Origin: an uncultured Pelagibacteraceae bacterium
GTDB lineage: Bacteria > Pseudomonadota > Alphaproteobacteria > Pelagibacterales > Pelagibacteraceae
DNA: 64,000 bases
Assembly: GCA_902572225.1 (NCBI GenBank)
Contig: CACGFJ010000001.1
Location: forward strand, 4,477-68,476
Direction: 5' to 3'
Made by a program: the position numbers and the translations under genes
Notes under the pieces: generated by a model
The model's database searches: none
What the model saw: only the letters and a program-made list of their open reading frames with translations
What the model was told of the DNA's origin: nothing
In this document: piece by piece, positions 9,950-19,768 of the stretch
How positions within the stretch are numbered: the first letter of the stretch is position 1
Layout of the letters: each line of letters starts with the position of its first letter

Positions 9950-11977
9950 ATGAATGAAATTATCGAAAGCGTTAAAAATTTATCAATTGGATTTAACAGT
10001 CAGAAGGGTAAACAAATTTCAATACTCAGAAATGTTTCAACCAATATAAAAAAAGGAGAGACTGTAGGGATTGTAGGGGAGTCGGGTTCTGGAAAAAGCA
10101 CATTAGCACTTGCTATGATGGGCTATATAAAACAAGGCTTATTTCCTCTTAAGGGTGAATGCCTCTTTAAATCTGAGGATTTATTGAAGATGAGCAGTAG
10201 ACAGCTAGAAAAAATTAGAGGTAGAAAAATAGCCATGATACCACAAAATGCGGGACAAGCACTAACACCAAATTTAAAAATTGGATACCAAATTGATGAA
10301 GCATTAAGATTACATACAGATCTAAACAAAACAGAGAGAGATAAAAAAATTTCTGAGTTACTAAATAAAGTTAGACTTCCTTCACCAGAAACTATGGCTT
10401 TTCGTTATCCTCACGAGCTTTCTGGAGGGCAGCAACAAAGAGTTGCTGTTGCAATGGCATTGGCTGGCAAACCAGATTTACTTTTATTAGATGAGCCAAC
10501 TACTGGATTAGACGTTACAACACAAGCTCATGTATTAGAACTACTAAGATTTATAGCAAAAGATACTGGAACATCTATGATCTATGTTAGTCATGACCTA
10601 GGAGCCATAGCACAAGTCAGTGATAGAATAGTTGTAATGTATGCTGGAGAAATTGTTTTAGAAGGACCAGCAAGAAAAATATTAAAGGAACCAATTCATC
10701 CTTATACGTATGGATTATTAAAATCGATACCTAAACTTTCACTAGCTGGACTCCCAGCTTCTATGCCAGGAAGCCAACCTCAGCCTGGAAGCATAAATGA
10801 AGGTTGTAGTTTTTATGATAGATGTAACTTAGCAACTAATCATTGCAAAAAAAATTCACCAGATCTGGAACATATTAAAGAATTAGATACCAACGTCAGA
10901 TGTTTTAATCATAAAGAATTAATAAACCAAAATAATAATTTGCAAACTTCAATAACAAAAAAATTAAATAATAGTGAAGCAATTGAAGTTTTAAAATTAA
11001 AGGATGTCTCAATTAGTTATGCAAAGCAGAAATTTTTTGATCAATTATTAAATAAAATTTCTGATCAAAACCCAACAGTTAAAGATATAAATATAGATAT
11101 AAAAAAAGGAGAGACTATTGCACTAGTTGGAGAGTCTGGAAGCGGTAAGTCTACTATACTAAAATCAATTGCTGGTTTACTCAAAACAAAAGATGGTCAA
11201 ATTAAATTTGAAAATGATCGTATATTATCTTCTGATTTAAAAATGAGAAATCCAAATGATCTTCGAGCAATACAACTTATATTTCAAAATCCAGACGAGT
11301 CATTAAATCCCAACCACACAGTTGAGCAAATACTTTCTCAACCTTTAAAGTTATATTTTAATTTATCAGGAGAAGAATTAAAAAAAAATATTATCGATCT
11401 GCTAAAAAAAGTAAGGTTGGGAGAATTTTATATGTCAAGATACCCTAGACAACTATCAGGCGGTGAAAAACAAAGAGTTGCAGTCGCAAGAGCATTTGCT
11501 GCTAAACCAGATATAATTTTGTGTGATGAGGTTACATCAGCTTTAGATGTTTCGGTTCAAGCAGCTGTTTTAAACTTATTACAACAATTAAAAGAAGATC
11601 TAGGAACAACCTATGTATTTGTTTCTCATGATTTGGCTGTTGTTAGAGCAATTAGTGATAGAGTTGCAGTTTTATATCAAGGAAGGTTATGTGAAATTGG
11701 TCCTTCTCAAAATGTTTACAAATTTCCATCACATCCTTATACTGAAGTATTATTAGGTGCTGTTTTGGAACCAGATCCAGATATAAAACCAAAATTAGTA
11801 GCCGAGGATATAGTAGAAGAAAAACCCCCTGAGAAAGGCTGTTCTTTTCAAGGAAGATGCCCTAGGAAAATAGGTGATATTTGTAATTCAGAGGTTCCAC
11901 CATGGCAAATAGGTGAAAATGGTAATGCTATTAGATGTCATATTAATATTGAAGAATTAGCAAGTTTACAGCAGTAG
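9950..11977 (+). CDS. Fused double ABC ATPase (DppD-DppF type)
   Basis: Two GESGSGKS Walker A motifs, two LSGG signatures, two C-terminal Cys-containing oligo-HPY domains. Confidence 0.93.
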   Translation: MNEIIESVKNLSIGFNSQKGKQISILRNVSTNIKKGETVGIVGESGSGKSTLALAMMGYIKQGLFPLKGECLFKSEDLLKMSSRQLEKIRGRKIAMIPQNAGQALTPNLKIGYQIDEALRLHTDLNKTERDKKISELLNKVRLPSPETMAFRYPHELSGGQQQRVAVAMALAGKPDLLLLDEPTTGLDVTTQAHVLELLRFIAKDTGTSMIYVSHDLGAIAQVSDRIVVMYAGEIVLEGPARKILKEPIHPYTYGLLKSIPKLSLAGLPASMPGSQPQPGSINEGCSFYDRCNLATNHCKKNSPDLEHIKELDTNVRCFNHKELINQNNNLQTSITKKLNNSEAIEVLKLKDVSISYAKQKFFDQLLNKISDQNPTVKDINIDIKKGETIALVGESGSGKSTILKSIAGLLKTKDGQIKFENDRILSSDLKMRNPNDLRAIQLIFQNPDESLNPNHTVEQILSQPLKLYFNLSGEELKKNIIDLLKKVRLGEFYMSRYPRQLSGGEKQRVAVARAFAAKPDIILCDEVTSALDVSVQAAVLNLLQQLKEDLGTTYVFVSHDLAVVRAISDRVAVLYQGRLCEIGPSQNVYKFPSHPYTEVLLGAVLEPDPDIKPKLVAEDIVEEKPPEKGCSFQGRCPRKIGDICNSEVPPWQIGENGNAIRCHINIEELASLQQ

Positions 11978-12034
11978 TTATGACATTTATTTTATTTCCT
12001 ACTCAGTCTCAATTTAATATAAGAAAACTTCTTT

Positions 12035-14257
12035 ATGAAAATAAATAATGTAGTTGTAATCGGTTCTGGAACAATGGGTAGCGGTATAGCTGCACATTTG
12101 TGTAACGCAAATATTCCTGTTACTTTGTTGGATTTAACTACAGAAATTAGTCAAAAGGCTAAAGAGAGAATAGGAAAATCTAGACCTCCTTTGTTAATAG
12201 ATAAATCAAAATTAGATAATATACATGTAGGAAACATTGAGGAAAACTTTGATGTGGTTTCAAATGCAGATTGGATTGTAGAAGCTGTTGTAGAAAGAAT
12301 AGATATAAAACATAATATTTATGAAAAAATTTTTAAACATAGAAAAAAAGAATCTGTTGTTTCATCTAATACCTCATCAATTCCAATAAGCGTTCTATCA
12401 GAAAAATTATCTGATCAAGACAAAAAGGATTTTTGTATAACTCACTTCTTTAATCCTGTTAGATACATGGATTTACTAGAAATAGTAAAAAGTAATGAAA
12501 GTGATTTAGATAAAGTTAACCTTTTAAAAGATTTTTGTGAAATAAATTTGGGCAAAGGTGCAATTATCTGTAATGACACTCCAGGATTTTTAGGTAATAG
12601 AATTGGAGTTTATGCAATGCAAATTGCAATGACAGAGGCATTTAATATGAAACTCAGTGTAGAAGAGGCTGATGCTGTCTTTGGCAGACCAATGGGTATA
12701 CCTAAAACTGGAGTATTTGGATTGTATGACCTAATTGGTATTGATTTAATGGCAGATGTATTAAAAAGTTTTATTAAAGAATTACCTGAAAGCGATCCAT
12801 TTCAACCTGTAGCAAGAGAAATGCCGCTTGTAAAAAAATTAATAGAAACTGGATATACTGGTAGAAAAGGAAAAGGTGGATTTTATAGAATGAATAAGGA
12901 GGGTGGTAAGAAAATTTTAGAGGCCATCAATCTTGAAACCGGGGAATATTCTCCCTCAAAAAAAATAGATATTAAATCTGAAAAAGTTGATTTAAAAAAA
13001 TTAATTAATCGTGGAGATAAATATGGAGATTATGCTTGGTCAGTAATTTCTAAAATAATAAAATATTCTTCTTCATTAGTTCCAGGTATTACACATAAGT
13101 TTAACGACATCGATGAAGCAATGAGACTTGGTTTCAATTGGTCTAGAGGGCCTTTTGAAATGTTAAAAGAAATTGGAGTAAATAATTTTTTTCAAAAAAT
13201 CGATAATTTTGAGGGAAATAAATTTTTAGAAAATTTATCAAAATCCAAAGATGAAAATTTTTATGGTGAGAGACAACAATATACTGAAATTGAAACTTTA
13301 GGAAAAATTAAACCAAGAGCCCTTAAACTTGATAAAAATAATTCTGCTGAAATTTACAGATTTCCTGAATTTAACATTGTCGAATTTACAACTAAAGCAA
13401 ACGCTTTAGATTACGACTCAATGGACTCTTTAAAAAACGCTACAGACAAACCATTGATAATTATTAATGAAAGTATGCAGTTTTCTGCTGGTGTTAATTT
13501 AACATATACTATGAATTTTGCAGATAAAGGTGACTTTAAATCAATAGAAAAGTTTGTCGGTTATTTTCAAGAAACATGCAAACACTTAAAATACTCAAAA
13601 TTTCCAGTCGTTTCGGCACCATCAGGTCTTACACTTGGAGGGGGTTTTGAAGTTTTAGTCCAAAGTAACTTTGTTGCTTCGCATACAAATATTGTTGTTG
13701 GATTAGTTGAAACATTGGTTGGTTTAGTTCCAGCCGGAGGAGGATGTAAAGAAATGTTATGGAGATGGTCTCAAACAGAAGAGGCAAAAAATGATCCAGA
13801 TTTTGCGCCTTTAAAAGTTTTTGATATCATTGGTTATGCAAAAACTGCAACATCCCCAGTCGAAGCTGAACCTCTAAAGTACTTAATCCCTGAGAATAAA
13901 AAAATTATGAGCAGAAATAGTCTATTAAATGAAGCAAGAAAAATTTTGGATCAAAATAAGGAATTTACTCCTCCTGAAGAATGCACATTTAATTTATCTG
14001 GTAAATCTTTAAAAGACAAAATGGTTGGTATGTTAGAAAAACTGTATAACGATAAAATTATATTAGATCATGGAATGATGGTTGGAACAGAGCTAGCAAA
14101 TGTTTTAAGTGGTGGTGATACAACTATAGATAAAACTCTTACAGAAGATCAGTTGTTTAAATTAGAGTTAGATGCTTTCATGAAATTAATTGAGACAAGT
14201 AAAACCCAAGATAGAATTAAACACACATTATCTACTGGAAAACCTCTAGTTAACTAA
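12035..14257 (+). CDS. 3-hydroxyacyl-CoA dehydrogenase / enoyl-CoA hydratase (FadN-type)
   Basis: GSGTMGSGIA, SSNTSSIP, HFFNP, C-terminal crotonase FSAGVNL and LGGGFE. Confidence 0.9.
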   Translation: MKINNVVVIGSGTMGSGIAAHLCNANIPVTLLDLTTEISQKAKERIGKSRPPLLIDKSKLDNIHVGNIEENFDVVSNADWIVEAVVERIDIKHNIYEKIFKHRKKESVVSSNTSSIPISVLSEKLSDQDKKDFCITHFFNPVRYMDLLEIVKSNESDLDKVNLLKDFCEINLGKGAIICNDTPGFLGNRIGVYAMQIAMTEAFNMKLSVEEADAVFGRPMGIPKTGVFGLYDLIGIDLMADVLKSFIKELPESDPFQPVAREMPLVKKLIETGYTGRKGKGGFYRMNKEGGKKILEAINLETGEYSPSKKIDIKSEKVDLKKLINRGDKYGDYAWSVISKIIKYSSSLVPGITHKFNDIDEAMRLGFNWSRGPFEMLKEIGVNNFFQKIDNFEGNKFLENLSKSKDENFYGERQQYTEIETLGKIKPRALKLDKNNSAEIYRFPEFNIVEFTTKANALDYDSMDSLKNATDKPLIIINESMQFSAGVNLTYTMNFADKGDFKSIEKFVGYFQETCKHLKYSKFPVVSAPSGLTLGGGFEVLVQSNFVASHTNIVVGLVETLVGLVPAGGGCKEMLWRWSQTEEAKNDPDFAPLKVFDIIGYAKTATSPVEAEPLKYLIPENKKIMSRNSLLNEARKILDQNKEFTPPEECTFNLSGKSLKDKMVGMLEKLYNDKIILDHGMMVGTELANVLSGGDTTIDKTLTEDQLFKLELDAFMKLIETSKTQDRIKHTLSTGKPLVN

Positions 14258-14893
14258 TAACTTTATATTTTTAATATAATCAGGTTTTAATACATAAGTT
14301 GATTTATTTCCCACTTTAATTTTTTTTAAAGAGTCCATCCCTGCAATTACTCTTCCAATTGGAGTATATTCACCTTGATATATTGGTATATCTATTAAAG
14401 TAATAAAAAATTCACTGTCTTCTGTATCGAATTGATCTTTCCTAGCAAAAGCCACAGAGCCAGCATTAAATAAAAAATTACCACTAAGCTCAGATTTAAT
14501 TGTTCCTAAACCAGACTTACCAGTTCCTACTTTAGAATAATTTAGATTAGATACATTTCCATATTCAATATCTCCAGCTTGTATTAAAGTATTTTCTATT
14601 ACTCGATAAAAAGTTGAACCATTATAGGAACCGCTATTTATTAACATCTTAAATCGATTTACTGCTTTAGGTGCTATTTTAGGATCTAATTCTATTATAA
14701 CCTTACCGCATTCAACTTCCATAATTGCAATATTCTGCTTATATTTAAAATCAATGTTATTTAAATCGATTTTTTTTACAAAAAGACATTTATTATTTAA
14801 TATATAAAATGAACCTAAAGTTAAAATAATAAGTAGAATTAGAAAAATAAATAATATTTTTTCAGATAGTGATGGTTTAATTTTTTTTATCAT
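14246..14893 (-). CDS. Cyclophilin-type peptidyl-prolyl isomerase with N-terminal membrane anchor
   Basis: APKAVNRF, FYRVIENTLIQAGD, SEFFITL, YTPIGRV. Confidence 0.8.
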   Translation of the reverse strand: MIKKIKPSLSEKILFIFLILLIILTLGSFYILNNKCLFVKKIDLNNIDFKYKQNIAIMEVECGKVIIELDPKIAPKAVNRFKMLINSGSYNGSTFYRVIENTLIQAGDIEYGNVSNLNYSKVGTGKSGLGTIKSELSGNFLFNAGSVAFARKDQFDTEDSEFFITLIDIPIYQGEYTPIGRVIAGMDSLKKIKVGNKSTYVLKPDYIKNIKLLVN

Positions 14894-15625
14894 TCAAAAA
14901 ATAAACTTTTCATCTATTTCTTTAAGACCATTAATTAAGAAATTTTTCTTCTTAGTCAAAATATTATCTTTTTTAATTAATAAATCTATTTCTTTAAAGT
15001 TTGTTTTTAATAATGAATAAATTTCAGCCATATCTTCTTCAGCTGTGCTCATTGAATATTCTGTTAAAAAGCCTTTCGTAATTTCTAAATCTAAACCTAA
15101 TAAATCAGTGCATGTAGAACATGATGCGTAAGAAAAATCTTTATTATTAAGTTTGCTCCACATATTTTTTTTAAAAAGCTCAGGAAAACTGTTATCAATC
15201 ATATGAAATATTTCATGATGGATCATTCTTTCAAAATAATTTCGGTTAAATGTTAAGTCTAAAATTAAAGTCCTGAATTTATTATCTGGTATACCTCCTG
15301 TATTAATGCCTGAAATTTCTAAGTTTTTGCAAAGAACCACAAATTTCAAATTTATTTTCCTTAAGAAATTTGAGTTATAATCTCTCAGATTATTTTGAAT
15401 TGTATTAAATTCACGATCCAAATCACTGTTATTTATGCCGTTACACTTAATGTTGTTTGTATCACCAATTACAAAACCTCTTTTCGATACCAAATATTTG
15501 ATACCATTTACATCATCAACTTTATGAACTTCTAAATTTGGGATTTTAATTAAATTATATATTGCATCTGCATTTACATAAGAAAAGTTAAAAAATAATA
15601 TAAATATTAATATAATATATCTCAT
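14894..15625 (-). CDS. Secreted putative zinc metallopeptidase-like protein
   Basis: Signal peptide; HHEIFH (HExxH) and downstream EDMAE. Confidence 0.6.
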   Translation of the reverse strand: MRYIILIFILFFNFSYVNADAIYNLIKIPNLEVHKVDDVNGIKYLVSKRGFVIGDTNNIKCNGINNSDLDREFNTIQNNLRDYNSNFLRKINLKFVVLCKNLEISGINTGGIPDNKFRTLILDLTFNRNYFERMIHHEIFHMIDNSFPELFKKNMWSKLNNKDFSYASCSTCTDLLGLDLEITKGFLTEYSMSTAEEDMAEIYSLLKTNFKEIDLLIKKDNILTKKKNFLINGLKEIDEKFIF

Positions 15626-15678
15626 TTTAATAATTTTGATGATATTAGATATAATATGAATGTGATAGGATTTATTTA

Positions 15679-15813
15679 ATGAAAAAAAGAAAAAGAAAAA
15701 AAAATATTAATAGAGATCATGAGTCAGTGCCTAAGATGTTTGCAAAAAAATACATTTATTTCTATTATCCCTTTTTCTGGATCATTCTAATAATATTCTT
15801 ATTACTAAAATGA
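15679..15813 (+). CDS. Small (44 aa) basic, single-TM hypothetical protein
   Basis: MKKRKRKKNINRDHESVPKMFAKKYIYFYYPFFWIILIIFLLLK*; AGGA 8 nt upstream; ATGA overlap with the next gene. Confidence 0.55.
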   Translation: MKKRKRKKNINRDHESVPKMFAKKYIYFYYPFFWIILIIFLLLK

Positions 15814-16763
15814 CAAAGTCTAAAAAACCTATTCAGCCTGTTAGTGGCACAGAAGTGCCAAGATATGCTGGCCCTTCTACATTTGCAAGATTACCTGAGC
15901 TAAGAGATGTAGAAAGTTGTGATGTTGCTATTGTCGGAGTTCCATTTGATTCAGGAACAAGTTATAGACCAGGTGCAAGATTTGGCCCACAAAGTATTAG
16001 ACAAGCATCTAGACATTTAAGGACTAATTATCATCCTAATTATGATGTAGAACCATTCAAAGTACAACAAGTTGCAGATGCAGGTGACATTACTTGTAAT
16101 CCATTTAATATTGATGAAGCCATCAAACAAATTGAAGTAGGAGCAACCGATTTATTAAATAAAGTTGGAGGAATAATAAGCCTTGGAGGAGATCACACAA
16201 TTGCTGTGCCTTTACTTAGAGCAGTCAATAAAAAGAATAATGGACCCGTATCACTTGTTCATTTTGATGCCCATTTAGATACATGGGATACCTACTTTGG
16301 AGCACCATATACGCATGGTACTCCATTTAGAAGAGCTCGTGAGGAAAATTTATTTTTAGATGACGCCTCTATGCATGTAGGTATAAGAGGTCCACTTTAT
16401 AGCAGAGATGATATAAAAAATGATGAAAGCTTTGGATTTAAAATTATTCATTGTGATGAATTTCAAACAGAGGGAATTGATAAAATTGTTGAAAGAATAA
16501 AAAATAGAGTAGGTGATAATGCATTATATTTGTCCATTGATATTGATGTATTAGATCCAGCATTTGCACCAGGCACAGGAACACCAGAAATTGCAGGAAT
16601 GACCACAAGAGAAATTGTAAACGTCCTCAGGGGTTTATCAGGTTTAAATTTGATTTCTGCAGATGTAGTTGAAGTTGCGCCTGCTTATGACCATGCAGAA
16701 GTAACTTCTCTAGCTGCAGCAACAATTGTTTATGAATTAACTAATTTATTTGCAAAATCATGA
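15810..16763 (+). CDS. speB: Ureohydrolase (agmatinase / guanidinobutyrase family)
   Basis: RPGARFGP, GGDHT, DAHLD, SIDIDVLDPAFAPGTGTPE metal-binding motifs. Confidence 0.85.
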   Translation: MTKSKKPIQPVSGTEVPRYAGPSTFARLPELRDVESCDVAIVGVPFDSGTSYRPGARFGPQSIRQASRHLRTNYHPNYDVEPFKVQQVADAGDITCNPFNIDEAIKQIEVGATDLLNKVGGIISLGGDHTIAVPLLRAVNKKNNGPVSLVHFDAHLDTWDTYFGAPYTHGTPFRRAREENLFLDDASMHVGIRGPLYSRDDIKNDESFGFKIIHCDEFQTEGIDKIVERIKNRVGDNALYLSIDIDVLDPAFAPGTGTPEIAGMTTREIVNVLRGLSGLNLISADVVEVAPAYDHAEVTSLAAATIVYELTNLFAKS

Positions 16764-16783
16764 AGAAAGGATAATTTGCGCGA

Positions 16784-18217
16784 ATGATTGAAAAGAGAAA
16801 TTTTTATATTAATGGTTCATGGGTTTCCCCAAAAAACCCAAAAGATATTGAGGTCATAAATCCAGCAACAGAAAAAAATTGTGCAGTAATTTCTTTAGGT
16901 AGTAAAGAGGATATCAATGATGCAGTTTTAGCAGCTAAAGAAGCATTTAAAACTTGGGGATTTACCTCTAAAGAAGAAAGATTGTCATTATTAGAAGTAT
17001 TTTATTCATTATATAAAAAAAGATGGAATGATATTACAGATGCAATTATTCAAGAGATGGGAGCACCAAAGGACTTTGCTTCAAAACTACAAACAGGAAC
17101 TGGCGCAAGTCATACAAAATCATTTATTCGTTATCTAAAAGAATTTGAATTCGAAAAACCTTTGGGAGATCATGCAAAAAATCAAAGAATAATATACGAG
17201 CCTAAAGGTGTGTGTGCATTGATAACACCGTGGAACTGGCCAATAAATCAAGTTACTTTAAAAGTCATTCCTGCATTGGCCTCTGGTTGTACTATGATTT
17301 TAAAACCTTCAGAACTAGCACCCTTATCGGCAATGATTATAGCTGAGTTAATAGATGAAGCAAAATTTCCAAAAGGTGTTTTTAACTTAGTAAATGGAGA
17401 TGGGGCAATAACTGGAGATGCATTAACAAGTCACCCAGATGTTAATATGATTTCATTCACCGGCTCTACTAGAGCAGGGGCTTTAATTTCTCAAAATGCT
17501 GCAAAGGACTTTAAAAGAGTAAGTTTGGAGCTAGGAGGAAAAGGTGCAAATATTATATTTGAAGATGCTGATGCTGAAGCAATTGAAAGAGGTGCATTTA
17601 GATGTTTTAGAAATTCAGGACAATCATGTAATGCCCCTACAAGAATGCTTGTTGAAAAATCAATATATAATGAAGCGATAGAAAGACTGAGAAAATATGC
17701 AAATGAATTTAAAGTAGATGATCCAAATAAAAGTGGAGAGCATATTGGTCCTGTAATTTCTGAAACTCAATTCAATAAAATTCAAGGTTTAATTCAAAAA
17801 GGAATAAATGAAGGAGCAAAATTAGTTGCAGGTGGAGTTGGAAAACCAAACGGATTAAATGATGGTTATTATGTAAAACCGACAGTTTTTGCAGATGTAA
17901 AAAATGAAATGGAAATTGCAAGAACAGAAATATTTGGTCCTGTTTTATCTGTTATTCCATTTGAAACTGAAGAAGAGGCAATTAAAATCGCAAATGATAC
18001 TGATTATGGATTAACAAACTATATTCAAACTCAAGATAAGGAAAAAGTACAAAGAGTTGCCAGAAAACTTAGATCTGGAATGGTTGATGTAAATGGTGCT
18101 GGTATTGCAGTTGATGCACCTTTTGGAGGTTTTAAACATTCTGGAATTGGAAGGGAAGCAGGTAAAGAAGGATTGCTTGAATTTCTAGAAGTTAAATCTG
18201 TAGGTGGTTGGAATTAA
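16784..18217 (+). CDS. NAD(P)-dependent aldehyde dehydrogenase
   Basis: ITPWNWP, FTGST, LELGGK, GQSC, EIFGPV. Confidence 0.93.
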   Translation: MIEKRNFYINGSWVSPKNPKDIEVINPATEKNCAVISLGSKEDINDAVLAAKEAFKTWGFTSKEERLSLLEVFYSLYKKRWNDITDAIIQEMGAPKDFASKLQTGTGASHTKSFIRYLKEFEFEKPLGDHAKNQRIIYEPKGVCALITPWNWPINQVTLKVIPALASGCTMILKPSELAPLSAMIIAELIDEAKFPKGVFNLVNGDGAITGDALTSHPDVNMISFTGSTRAGALISQNAAKDFKRVSLELGGKGANIIFEDADAEAIERGAFRCFRNSGQSCNAPTRMLVEKSIYNEAIERLRKYANEFKVDDPNKSGEHIGPVISETQFNKIQGLIQKGINEGAKLVAGGVGKPNGLNDGYYVKPTVFADVKNEMEIARTEIFGPVLSVIPFETEEEAIKIANDTDYGLTNYIQTQDKEKVQRVARKLRSGMVDVNGAGIAVDAPFGGFKHSGIGREAGKEGLLEFLEVKSVGGWN

Positions 18218-19401
18218 TTTATAGATTTATCTTTTACACCTTTTAAGAAGTCTAGACATTTCTTTAATTCACTAAGTTCTATATATTCATCAATTTTATG
18301 AGCCTGTTCAATCGAACCTGGTCCACAAACTACAGTGCTAATACCAACTTCTTGAAAGAGTCCAGCCTCTGTTCCAAATGAAACAGCTTCTCTTGAATTG
18401 TCACCAGTTATACTAGAAACAAATTCACAAGCCTCGGAATCGTTCAATCTATTAAATCCAACTACTTCGCCTATAATTTCTTTTTTAATATAAGCATCTG
18501 AAAAAACTTTCTTCATTTCTGGCAATAGTTCTTTATCAACATAATTGTCAATTATTTGATTTACAAAATCTCCGTCTTCTCTGATCACTGGTCTAGTTTC
18601 CCATTCAACTTTACATTTATCAGCGATAACATTATGAGCTATACCACCTGAAACTCCACCAACTGATAATGTAGAATATGGTGGATTAAATATACAATCT
18701 TTAGGTGCTCTATCTTTTAGTTTTGATCTAATTTCTAATAATTTGTTTACATACCTCGATGCATACTCAACTGCATTAACACCTTGGCCTGGTTTAGAAC
18801 TATGACCGGCTAAACCTCCAAAGTGAATTGTATATTCATTCATACCTTTATGGGCATCAATGATTTTCATATTGGTTGGTTCACCAATAATACAAATTCC
18901 ATCTTTAATATCTCTTTTTTTTAATTCTTTTATTAACAATGGTGCGCCGATGCATGCGGTTTCTTCATCGAATGTAAATGAAAAGTGAATGTCTCTATCT
19001 AAATTATTTTCTTTAAATACAGGAGCATATGCTAGAGCACATGCAATAAAACCTTTCATATCACAAGAGCCTCTCCCAAATAATTTCTCATTTTTTATAG
19101 TTGCAACAAATGGATCAGTAGACCAGCCTTTTGAAACTGGGACTACATCTGTATGACCTGAAAGAATAATAGGTTTTTTACCATTTCCGTTTTTAGATTT
19201 TAGAGAAGCAAAAAGATTAACTCTTTTTTTATCACCATCAAAAATTCTGAATGAAGTTGCTCCTAAATTTTTTAAAATATCATCACAGTAATTGATGAGA
19301 CTATTATTATCGTTTCCAGAAATAGTTTTGAAAGCAATCAAATCTGTTAATATTTTTATCGAATTTTTATAAATTTTATCAGGATTATTTTCTGTACTCA
19401 T
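18214..19401 (-). CDS. argE: Acetylornithine deacetylase (M20 family)
   Basis: LSGHTDVVP, GRGSCDMKG, DEE, GEPT, FGTEAG, QAHKIDE. Confidence 0.88.
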   Translation of the reverse strand: MSTENNPDKIYKNSIKILTDLIAFKTISGNDNNSLINYCDDILKNLGATSFRIFDGDKKRVNLFASLKSKNGNGKKPIILSGHTDVVPVSKGWSTDPFVATIKNEKLFGRGSCDMKGFIACALAYAPVFKENNLDRDIHFSFTFDEETACIGAPLLIKELKKRDIKDGICIIGEPTNMKIIDAHKGMNEYTIHFGGLAGHSSKPGQGVNAVEYASRYVNKLLEIRSKLKDRAPKDCIFNPPYSTLSVGGVSGGIAHNVIADKCKVEWETRPVIREDGDFVNQIIDNYVDKELLPEMKKVFSDAYIKKEIIGEVVGFNRLNDSEACEFVSSITGDNSREAVSFGTEAGLFQEVGISTVVCGPGSIEQAHKIDEYIELSELKKCLDFLKGVKDKSIN

Positions 19402-19426
19402 TTATAAATCATTATATATTAAATTT

Positions 19427-19768
19427 ATGAAAGAACAAATTACGTATGAAGACTTTGATAAAGTTGATATTAGATTGGGAACAATTATTTCTGTAAGAAA
19501 AAACGAAAAAGCAAGAAAACCTTCATTAGTTGTAGAAGTTGATTTTGGAGAAAAGATAGGGATAAAACAATCTTCAGCTCAAATTACTCATTATTATAAT
19601 GAAGAGAATCTTAAAGGAAAACAAGTAATTGGTGTTTGTAATTTTGCAGAAAAAAATATTGCTGGAGTTGTTTCGCAAGTATTAATTCTTGGAGCTATAG
19701 ATGCAGAGGGCAGAGTAACTTTAGTTCATCCATCTCAAGAAGCAGAGAATGGATTACCAATTGCTTAA
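19427..19768 (+). CDS. csaA: CsaA / tRNA-binding OB-fold protein
   Basis: DFDKVDIRLGTI, SSAQIT..Y, NF..KNIAG..SQVLILG. Confidence 0.85.
   Translation: MKEQITYEDFDKVDIRLGTIISVRKNEKARKPSLVVEVDFGEKIGIKQSSAQITHYYNEENLKGKQVIGVCNFAEKNIAGVVSQVLILGAIDAEGRVTLVHPSQEAENGLPIA

Noticed and set aside
66-12034. Idea that the DmdA/ABC block is a mobile island inserted between thiolase and fadN
   Set aside because: No integrase, transposase, tRNA or convincing flanking direct repeat (only a 6-nt CCTACT match). It may be accessory, but mobility is unsupported.
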